From Chrysomallon squamiferum (taxonomy: Eukaryota > Animalia > Mollusca), in the NCBI GenBank assembly GCA_012295275.1, contig CM022670.1, positions 7,068,001-7,132,000 on the forward strand: a DNA stretch of 64,000 nt. Direction: 5' to 3'. Below are positions 14,501 through 26,109 of the stretch, one piece after another (the stretch's first letter is position 1; each line of letters starts with the position of its first letter). A program made the position numbers and the translations under genes. A model generated the notes under the pieces. It saw only the letters and a program-made list of their open reading frames with translations, ran no database searches and had not been told where the DNA came from.

Positions 14501-14559
<59 letters not shown>

Positions 14560-16360
14560 CCTACAGATAATTACAGATTCATAATTAGTAAAACATAACT
14601 TTACCCATCTACCAAAGCATGCATGCACTGAATATAAATAATTTTACATTTATGAACGTTTTGTTTTAAATCAAAACAAATCAGTGTATTTATTAAACAC
14701 ATTTTTTTCTCTGTAAAAGCATTTATTCACTAAACTTTATACAGGCAAACATATAAAGCTATATTTCATCTTATATAACCGTTAAAACAACAAATATGGT
14801 AATAAAAATAGTGTAAACGTTGTTAGATTGTAAATTTATCCAGTAATTCAGTGGTGATTTTTAGCAGAGCCCAACACTTGACAGATTCCCGGTCACTGCC
14901 ATGTTGTGTGTATATTTGACGTAACGTCTTCCAGGAAACCGCACAAGTTTGCGTTTCTAGGCAAGGCCTGATTAACGGACAAATTACTTTGACAGAATGA
15001 AACAGAAATACCCGAGATATTTTCTGTTATTCGCTATGATGGTGAGAAACATTAACTATTTTAACAATATTTCATTATTTTGGCACATCACAAAAAAGAG
15101 TGAATTTTTTCCTATGACATGTTTATGGTGAATAATCTTTCTAAACTGTTCTTTTTGGAGAAATATGTAAAAACATTTCAAAACAACTATTAATTTTAAT
15201 TTATTTTATACATTTTATTTTTGAATAATCAGTGTATAATATATTTCTTTGCATAATCATGGGCCGTATATAGATAATTCATTTTTTTTTATGTCAAATT
15301 ATTTCACAAAAATTGTCTGAGATGTGTTGTGTTCTCCTGTGTATGAGAAAAATGTATCTGAAAACAACCAGTGCTGTTTAAAACTAAACCACGCAGGAAA
15401 AGTCTGAATTTCATCTTAAAATACTTTATCATTGCTAAACTAAAACAGCATGGCATTTCCAAACGTGTTGAGATATATTCATTTATATAATTATTATTTA
15501 AACATAAAATTTTCTGCTGGGTTTAATAATGATTATTTTGCTGATGTTGATGATGACGTTTTCTTTATTATTCATATTACTTTTTATTTTCATGGTAGCC
15601 ATACATCTGTATTTATAATAATTATAATATTTTGAAGCGATTAGTCGCTTTGATATAGTTATTTTGTTACAGTGTACAAACAGTTAACACTAGGGTCGTT
15701 TTTTGGTTTGTTTTTTTTTTTTTTCCTTTCTTTTATTTATTTCTTTTATTATTTTCCTTTTACGAAAATAAAAAAAGATCATCAGCCCTGAATCATTCTC
15801 TGTTTCTGCCACTGTCATTTTGTACTGAATCCAGGTCTTCAAAGCGCGCGCTGTCTCTCACTTCGTGGTCTAATCCACGGTACAACAGATCAGCAAACAT
15901 CTCCCTTGTTTTCAAACCTCTCGATCTTTTGATCGCCAACAACAGGCAAACAAAACCTGGTGCTTCTCGAGTGGTCAGACTGACCGGTCAGTAAATATCG
16001 CACAGAATGACCGCTGGTCTTGAAGTGCACAACTCAAATATATCGATAACGTGAAATATTTGTACGACTCTTGGGAATCTCGTTGAATCGCTGCGCGACA
16101 TATGGAACGCCGTTTCTGCCATCATTGCGTGCTGCGCCTTTTCGTAATTTACGTCTAGAAATGCTGCTGTACATCATCACACGTAGTAATTAGTTTAATG
16201 TAAACGAAATGTCTCAGAAATTAAAGACTGCGGAAGGAAAAAATATTTGCGTGGATTAAGTTATGTTTACCTTTATTTGTTTCATACTGAATATATGCTA
16301 CAATGTATTTGATTTTTTTTTTTGTTTTTTTTTTTTTTTACTGTTTCACATAATATAATT

Positions 16361-16486
<126 letters not shown>

Positions 16487-17315
16487 TTTCTTCTCACTGT
16501 CTTTATCTCTATTCCTCCACAAGTCTAACTGTATATTCGTTTCATGTATATGTGTATATGAGTCCTTACGTGTGTCCATATATTTTATTCAGGACACTGT
16601 TGAAAGGGAATCAGTTGTTTATGAACATTATATATCAGTTTAAATGCGAGGTTACAAACACTATTACTCAATATTTATTTGATTTTTTGTTTTTGTTTAT
16701 TTCTAAATCCTGTACCCTCTAACTCTCGAAAAGGTCCATAAAACAATCAGGAGCCAAAAAAAAAGTCTGTATTTAAAAACACAATCACAACTGTGTGTTA
16801 ACACTTCGTAATGCGGCTTTAACACTTAACGACCTTTCCCATCCCGTCCACATAAATAACGTTTTTTTTTCCCGTTCTGCACCAGACAGAGAGCCATAAA
16901 CTGTCCAGGTCAATGATTAGAGCGTAACTATCCGTGACGACTTTGAAATCGACATCCAGTAAAATAGACACCTTCTGAAATTTACGAGCTAACAGAGAGA
17001 GAATCTTGTACTTTGAGTTTCCTTGTAAAGAACTGGAATAATTTTCCTTGTTGATTTCTAGTTGTCATTGTCTTTCTAACTAGTAAATTATTTAAGCATT
17101 GACTTTAGATTTTAAAATTAATACATTTGGGAAATAAATTTAGATGAGTGAATAAAATATTTCGAGTATGTATAATTTTATTGTTTTGTGATAATAAACC
17201 ATTTTGGTGATGATGATGACAATGATGAAGACTATAGCGCAATAACCACAACGACGATGATACTTTTGATAATAATATTTAAAACAACAGCAATACTATT
17301 TTTACTAAAATAAAA

Positions 17316-17384
<69 letters not shown>

Positions 17385-17987
17385 TTCCTTTTATCCTTGT
17401 CTAGGACATTTCCGATTTCTTCAGTTTATTTTACAATTCAATTAAATATTTCTAAAGGCAAATTACATTAATTTAACAAAATTTTTTTTTTATTAATAAT
17501 GTAAAATATTCATTTAGAGATTACTATAACAGCAGTGCACTAACCTGTGAATTTGTGTACTGCCTACCTGTACAGGTATATAATTCTTACCTGTCATTTT
17601 CAGCTATTAAAAATGTGATATATTGTCATGTGACAGTATTGAATTGTGACATACAGCACCTGGTAACTTCTTTTCTCTAAATAACAAAATATTTTAGATG
17701 AAACGAAAAAGAATGAAAGACAGGTTATTTGTTTAATAGCTTTAAAAGAAATTTAATTATGAATAGTTCATTATCATTTTTTTTTATTATTATTATTATT
17801 GCTGCTGCTGTTGCTGTTGTTAGTGTTATTGTTAGTATTATTATTATTGTTGTTGTTGTTGTTGGTGTTGCTGTTGATGCCATTGTGGTGGTTATTATAA
17901 TTTGTTGTTATCGTTTTGTTTTTTATTTTATTATTATTATGGTGGTTATTATAATAATTTAACTGTCGTTTAACTTTTAATTAATTG

Positions 17988-18020
<33 letters not shown>

Positions 18021-18614
18021 CTAACTAACTAACTAGTTAGCCTAACTATAGATAAAACTTAACCAATCATTCCAAACAGAGAAAGTATTACTGGACTCTG
18101 TTAGAGCAATCAACAACGTGATGTCTATTACATCTAGTAACAGCGTATACAGAACAGCGATATCAGTTTCAGTGTTCACACCTAATCCCATTATAGTAAG
18201 TAGCGCCAAAACGCTCGCGACCGGCACACTACATTTTCCCGCACATATGTAGGTATTCATCTCCCAACATCAAAAACATTTCACACCATGTATTAAACGT
18301 CGACTTCTTACATGTAAAAATTTAACCAATTTCGGCGTGACGGGATTGCAGCTTCTGTACTGCAGTGCTAAATAGAATTTCAAGAATTTTCGCAGAGCGA
18401 AAATCGTTAAATGATCGGTACTAAGACAAAATAGAAAGAGGAAATTGATGTCTTTGTCATGTAACTATGTGAAATTTATATTAGTTTTGTACACTGCATC
18501 TTAGTCCCCTGTAATTTTCTTTCTTTATTTCCGATTTATTAGAATTTTGAAGGATTCTTAAAATTATTTTTAATTTAGCACAACATGTTATATTGAATTA
18601 ATATAATTTTTCGA

Positions 18615-18646
<32 letters not shown>

Positions 18647-21600
18647 GAAGATGTTGATGAAAAAATAGCTTAAATCAAAAGAAACAAGACAAAGAAGTTT
18701 CAAATTAATAATAAAATAAAGTGAAATATATCAAGGTCCTAAATTTCACTACTAAAAAAAGAAAAACAAAATAAAAGTAAATTCACAGGCACGATAATTA
18801 TGTAAAGTAATTTTTAAAAACTTGCTCGAATGTCGCTTAATTAAGAGAAAAAAAGAGACATTTTCGATTTACGAGCTGTTTTAGAGAACTTGAGCTATCA
18901 CGTTGATCATTATGTTTGATGACTATGACATCATCAGTGCACAGGAGATGACGTCACACGTGAGATACGCCTCGTGAGTACTAGACAGCCGTGGTTTATA
19001 CGTGTTATATATCTGCAGTAGTAAAAGAATTACAGAACCACTTGCACGTGAGAAACACCGCAATCCTTGTCACGTGTCAAAAAACACGATTTCCACCAGA
19101 TGTCGCGGCACCATCATGTCTATCTCATTGCTTAATAAAAATAATATATTTTTTTATACTTTTAGTTATTAGACTCTCTCTCTCTCTCCTGTCTCTCTCT
19201 CTGTCTGTAACTGTGTATGCGTGTTTGTGTGTGTATTATATATGCTGCACCAATCTTAATCGTATCCTTCATTTTAATGCCAGTAGGCCTACTATTACTC
19301 TCTGTTACTAAAACAATAATTATAAATTCTGCTGTTCTGTTATTTTGTCGATGATAGAAAGTTAGTTACAGTCAACTTCTTGATTTAGACTATTTAACTG
19401 TTATAAAAAATAATAATTATCAAGAAGACGGAGAAGAAGAAGAAGAGGAGGAGGAAGAAGAAGAAGAACAACAACAACAACAAACAAAACAACAACAAAA
19501 AGAAGATCAAGAAAGAAATTAAGAAAAAGAAAAAGAAAAACAAAATCAGCAATAAAAATGACGGAATTGCTTTTTAATTCAACATTATTTGTTAACAGAT
19601 TTTATTAGTAAGCGAAGTGCCGCGGCAAATTAGTATTGTCAGGTGCCACGCCCACGCCATGAGAGTCTGTAAGTAAGACTAGTTTATTACTGGAGTGAGA
19701 ACACGCCGGGTAGAACCGCCGCTGATTTACAGCCGCAATACAGAGTTAGGTTTTTAGAAAACAGTATCAGAATAAACTCCTTAAACCTGCCGGGGTCCAC
19801 TTACAAGCAATTCCAGTTTCATCCCAAAACATTAAGCAAAACACTAAAACACAAAGACAATAGTGGAATATAAACACAGAACTTGGATATAAACACAATG
19901 GCGAAAGTTAAACACGATACTAAAACGTCAACACACAACTTGGAGGTAATTGTTGTCATTAAGAGCCTACAGGCTAAAACCAATAAAAATAAGAGTTGTA
20001 TAAAATAATATATATATATAAACAAAATAACAGCATGAGAAGTTAAAGAGAAGAGAGAGAGAAAGAGAATTTTCCAATTTGAAGACAACTACGTTTATGT
20101 GTAATTTACAGTTATTTCAAATGAATGAAAGAAAAATGAACAGAAAAACGAAAGAAAAAATTACGAAAAATTCAAAATGAAAAGAAAGAACGTATCCTGA
20201 TTCAAACAAGAATTAAGAAGAATTAATTTAATTATTTAATTGACAATGTTTGAAAACTGAGGATAACAACTGAACAAAAATATTCAGGCATAGTTTTATC
20301 AAATATAAAAGTAAATTTCGACTGAAAGAAAATATTGAAATGTTTCCACTAGTACAGATACTGCATAAAAAAAAATAAAATAAAATAAAAAAATAAATAG
20401 AAATTCAAAAATAAATTAAATTAAAATAACAAATGAATATAATGTATATATTACAATATAAAAAAACAAAAACATAATATGATAAAACATAATAAAATTA
20501 AATAAAATTAAATAAAATCAAATAAATAAATAAATAAATAAATAAAAAATAAATAAATAAATAACTATTCCGCGCAGTGTCCTTAATCTTATCAACAAAT
20601 CGATTTTAAAATATATAAATAAATATCTTTTGTTTTCTGTTTTAATTATTATTCATATGTTTAAAATTTAAAATCCACTTGGAAAACTGTCGTATGTTTT
20701 ATTAATTTACGATGCAGAGAAGTACGATGTTGTAATGTTTTTTTCTGATTTATACAGGTAGACTGCTTATACCTGTGCGTTTACCTGTGCGGTGTTTACA
20801 AAACTGTATATCTTCTCCATCTGACGTGATACCTGGCTCTACGTAAACACAAGTTTTTGATTTATAACATGTAACTGTTTGGTAAAATAAATAACTGTTA
20901 TACACCGACAAATAAAATAAATAGAACGTTGGATTTAACATTATTTTTCTCTGTGGAAATAACAAAAACGATTAATTTATATAACTGCTGACCATAATTA
21001 CGGTCCAGAAAAAATATACAATATTCAGCCTTTTCTATAAACAAATAAACAACACAAACATGAATGTGTATTAACATGTATGTATCTATGTATGTAAAAC
21101 AAATAAATAAATAAATAAATAAATAAACCACTAAATAAACCAATTTTTAAAGACAAACAAATAAATTTAAAAATTGGTTTTTTTTTTATTTTATTTTTTT
21201 ATTTTTATTTTAATTATTTATTTATACATCATTTATTTTATATTTACTATTTACTATGTATTATATTGAACTGCTTAGCATCGTACTGTATCGTATTGTA
21301 TTTCTTTACTAAATTGAAGCACATATTTACAAAATAATGGTATTGTTCTTATTAACTTTATTTACCTATCTAATTACATTTGTCTACCTGTCAGAGCATT
21401 TACACTTGATCAGCAGACAGGTAAATAAAATCTCTTTCAGTCTACCTGTACTGGTCAATCAGTGGAGATCGAAACGTGATTGGAATTAAACATTGTAACA
21501 CAACAACACAACCGGATCACAATGCTTGTCAATAATAAATTTAACGGCGATGTATAAAAACGGAATATCACTATTTCTCGCTACTCTCCCATCTAGGCGA

Positions 21601-24136
21601 CTACTCGTCCAGTCACGTCGGCTAGTAAAAGGTATTGTTCCTGGGGTAATTAATCAACAGGTGAGTGAGATATTTGATTTGTTTGTTAGATTTAACGAGT
21701 GTCATACGACCTAAATACACAAGATGAATACATTCACGGAGATGTCTATTTTTATTCTAATTCGCTAAAACATGTCCGTGATTTCTGTTACGCTGTGGAT
21801 GAGATGTTGTTTTATTATGTCTGTTGTTTTTTGTTCTGTTATGGGTCAGACACTGTTTTATATTAACTAGTGCGTTTGACACTAAATCTGTTTTTGACAG
21901 AAAGTCTTGGGTCTCTGTGTTTGTAAAATGCTGATGTTTTATCTCGTTCTAAAAGTGTAACAAAGTCAACTGTGTTAGTTTTTAGAAAACAATGAAATAT
22001 TTGCTTGTCTGTTTTATTTTGTATTAATAAAATTATATTTATAATTTAAAAATGTACAATTATATATAAATGTATAAAATAAAACTTTATTTTTCATTTA
22101 TAGTATATAATATTTTTTACTGTTTTTTTTCATCTTTTTTTATTCCTTTTCTTTCATTCTCACAAACTTGATGAAATATACTTTCTGTTTTAAATTTGAA
22201 GAATGATATAATTATCGTCCACTTCGTTTTTGTAAATGTATTCGCTAAATAAAAATATTTTCTAGTACATTCTACTTTTTTCCTTGTATTACATAAACAT
22301 AATGAAATACATTTTCTTATTAACTCCTGTACAATTAGTATTTTTACTGTTAAGAAATTCATTACATAAACTTCCCCAAACAAAATGTTAATGTCATTAA
22401 TTCCTGAGCGATATTTAAAAAAAAAATTTTTTTTATATATATTTTTTTAAATAAAATAAAATAAAATATATTATTACCTGAAGTATATTAATGTCTTTAC
22501 TCACTCTCGATGGAATGGCAATATTTTAATTTTTATCTGTTTATCTTATCTTTATTTTATTTCATTTCATTTTAATTCATTTTATTTTATTTCAACTGTT
22601 TGTCATGTCTGATTTTCTTACCAAATATTTCCATCGATTTCTTAAGTCATTTAACATGGCATGGATTTATTCTGACTGAAAACAAAAAGCCAGTCTTTTA
22701 AAATGTGAGACAATTAATTAATCCACTGACCAGAAGATTAACATAATCGCTATTTAAGGATGTCAGCACGGATTTTTGAAACAGTAGTCATAATGGTGCG
22801 ATGGTCTCAGTCTTTTGTCTGAAGTCTGGAAGTTGTCGCATCGAATCTTAAAACCAGGATAGATATATTCTAATATGTGACAATATTAACTTCAGGAAAA
22901 GTTTCAGAATATATATATATAAACTAAGCGATTTTCTGATTTTTACTTGTCCTTGGAAACATTTCTACACCAATATATTTTCGGATTTTAACCTCGTATT
23001 TAGGTAACGATTAACAAAAATATATGAAGAAATTTTATAAAACATTTCTTCTTGCCGTTCAAGGCTAATACAATATAAAATATTTGTTGCTTTAACGTTG
23101 TATAAAATATAATGGTATGTTTGTCAGTGTCTAGTAGCTATTATAAAAGTATTATGAAATCAGAACATACTTCTTCAGCAGTATCTAATAAATAAATAAG
23201 GAAGTGTACACACATTCACAATACATACGTAAGTACGTACATATATATACATACATACAGACAGAAATATATACGTACATAACATACATATATTCTCTCT
23301 TACATTTTATCATGGCATAACTTAGTACACTAAGCTTGTGTTTTTCACTCGTTTACAAAGACGATGTCGTTTGTCGGAAATTACCCGTATCGATATGCAC
23401 AGGTTTAGGAAAATCTGCTTTCAAAGCCGTGCGGAACACACGCATTAACAAAAACACAGATCAAACGAAAACAACGAGAAAAGCGCAAAAGACTCGGCTT
23501 TTTGATGAAGAACACACGAAGGGATATATGTGATTATTTTGCAATAAGGGTAATGCCTGTGCAGAAAGACGTTGTTGTTTCACGCGCGAGTGATCAGTTT
23601 TCTCACAAACCTGACCAAGAAGAAAGGGAAAATGTCGGACGATTTCTGATCTTCGTACCGGTCAATTTGACACCGGACAATAGCGTCCGTGTGGCGCATT
23701 GTCCCTGGTCAGCAGACCGCACGCACCGCTAAATGAGCCGTGTAGGGTTGGTACTGGACATACGGACAAACTAAACTTCAGTGGACGAGTATAATGAAAA
23801 ACGAGCTTATAATTTATTGCTTATTAATTGTAGATGCGCGTCCTATCAATTTGTTGAAGAGTAACGGGTCCTGGTAGAATGTGTGATAAGGAAAGATGAA
23901 TAAACGTTGCTTGCGGCGTGATCTCTTTCAGTATTTCTTAAAGTAAATTAAAAACGACGAAAACATGTAATTCGTTGTGGTTTTTGTGGGAAAAAGTGAC
24001 AAGCGAAAGTATAATAAATTGGGAAACTCAGGTGAACGAAAGCGTTTTACAATCTACCCATGAACGCCAAACTAAACTGTCTAATTCAAAACGGACTGCA
24101 AACAAATTGGGCAACAGGTTAAATGAGTACATTCAT

Positions 24137-24172
<36 letters not shown>

Positions 24173-25247
24173 GATAGATAGATAGATAGATAGATAGCAG
24201 TTTAATACTGAATATATCATACATATTCATGTAGGATATCATGATTTGAAGATGGAAGTCTCAAAAATTGTTAAATACGGTAGAAACCTAATGAGCTTTT
24301 GTAAAAAGAAAAACAAAAGTAACACAAACAGCAACAACAAAGGTTTTATTTGGAAAAGAAATAATTTTCTTTATATTTGAAAATTTACAGCGAGCATGTG
24401 TTTGAAACTTCATTTTTTAATTTTTTTTTTTTTTTTTTTTTACAAAAATCCTTTACGTTATGTCAAAATTATTCGTGAATGTTCGCTGTATTTCGTCACA
24501 ACTTAGTTAATAAAAATTTCTCCGATAATTAATAACGGAGATCAGGAAAAGTTTTGTGATCGTAGTCATATGGTATGAGTGTTAATAAGATTTACTAGCT
24601 TTATTAATTTTCTTCTTTAATTTTTATTAGATTTAATTTTTAACAAACACACACATTTGGCATACTTCCGTAATAAATTAACAAAGTAAATATCCAAATC
24701 CTTTAGTCAAATATATTTTTAAATTTTTTTTATTATTTTAATTAATTTACTTTTATATTTTTTTTTTTTATTTTTATTCATTTTTATATATCACTTTTTA
24801 TTTATTTATTATTATTATTTTATTTATTTTTTTAAGACGTAATAAATAATAAATCAAATGCTTTACTGACATTAATTTTAATAACTTAAATTTTTGAAAC
24901 ATTTTGAGGCATCTGTGCTGTTTTTGAGTTGTTTTCCTGTGTACGTAATGTAAGAATGCAGTCAGTCGACGTTTTTACACACATCTGCAGAAAATAAAGA
25001 TGTTTAAATATATCCTTGAAAACGTTATCAGCATTAACTTTGAAAAGAGACAAATCTCTCTCTCTCTCTAAATATGTGTCAAAAAGAAGCATAGTTTTTA
25101 ATAACTAAGATGATTATAAACAAAAGACACAAGAAGCAGCTTATTTTAATAATTTACTGATTTACATAATAAAAAAAATGTAAACAAAATTTATGACATA
25201 AGTTTATTTAACACTGATAATCACACATTCTGTATAACTTTATTTTG

Positions 25248-26109
25248 TTATTTACTGCTTTTCTTTCCTGATCTTTTGTTGCCCAGTTCAGCAAGTTTTT
25301 TATCCAGTTTTCTCTGTAAATGTGCGTGTTTGTCTGGGTCAACTTTTCTGTTTGGCACTGTGTTTCCTCGGAACAGAATTCCTTCCTTCATGATGGCCTG
25401 TCTTGCAGCAAACTTTGCTTCGTCACCACAACCGTGAATTTCAGGCATCGCATGCGAGAAACAAAACCTCTGACAACAAAATGGGCACGTCTGGCTAAAG
25501 GTCAAGGTTATTTGTTTGCATTTTTTAAAATGACACTTCCTGTCCACGTTTTGGACTGCTTCAATCAGTCCGTCGAAATCATCTGCGTCAATTTTTGCCA
25601 GGGCTGCAGCAGTCTTTTTAGTCAGTATGTCATTTCGAGATTTCGGTCTGGCAGTCTTTGTAGCAGTTTTAACTTCCTTCGTTTTAGGCACAGCACCGCC
25701 AGACTGTGAAGGTTTTGTCTTCTGTTTCGAACAGTGCAACTCGTGCAGTGTGATGTTCGCCAAGATGACGTCTTTGTTACAGAACTTGCAAGAAGTTTTA
25801 TCTCCAGGAGTCTGCTGCTGTTTCAGTTCATCACTAACATCTGTCTGAACATCACCTTTAATCTGTCCACTTTCACTTTCATTTTCTTTTTTTATCTGTT
25901 CCAAATCTACTGAAGCAACTGGAGAATTTTCTTTTTCTTCTTCTTCCAAAGTATTCTCTTTATTTTCTGTTTCCTCTTTCTCTGAGTTTTCTTCTTTTGA
26001 AGTGTGTGAGGTTTCCTTTAGTTCACCATTGACCTTGTTTAGAGACAACAATATGGCGGTCTTTATCTTCACCTTTACTGACATGACAAAGATTCATCTT
26101 CTCTGAAAG
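25248..26109 (-). CDS. IGHMBP2: IGHMBP2 terminal exon(s): end of R3H, acidic linker, C2HC finger, AN1 finger; internal +1 frame change
   Basis: From acceptor ttttag|CTT at 26109 the frame reads [28 protein letters not shown] (TGA 26023-26025). The zinc-finger ORF (25248-26084) is in the +1 frame. Confidence 0.85.

Noticed and set aside
26020-26045. Programmed ribosomal frameshifting as the explanation for the IGHMBP2 or POMP breaks
   Set aside because: No recognised slippery or shifty-stop motif or stimulatory structure is evident. Two single-base breaks in one window point more simply to consensus indels or splicing.
25248-26084. 278-aa ORF as a stand-alone zinc-finger gene
   Set aside because: Its first codons overlap the R3H-coding frame of IGHMBP2, and the rest is the IGHMBP2 C-terminus with the AN1 finger.
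26094-26102. Alternative acceptor ctttcag at 26102 as a fix for the IGHMBP2 frame
   Set aside because: It enters the +1 frame but reads AGA AGA TGA, an immediate stop, and loses the second half of R3H.
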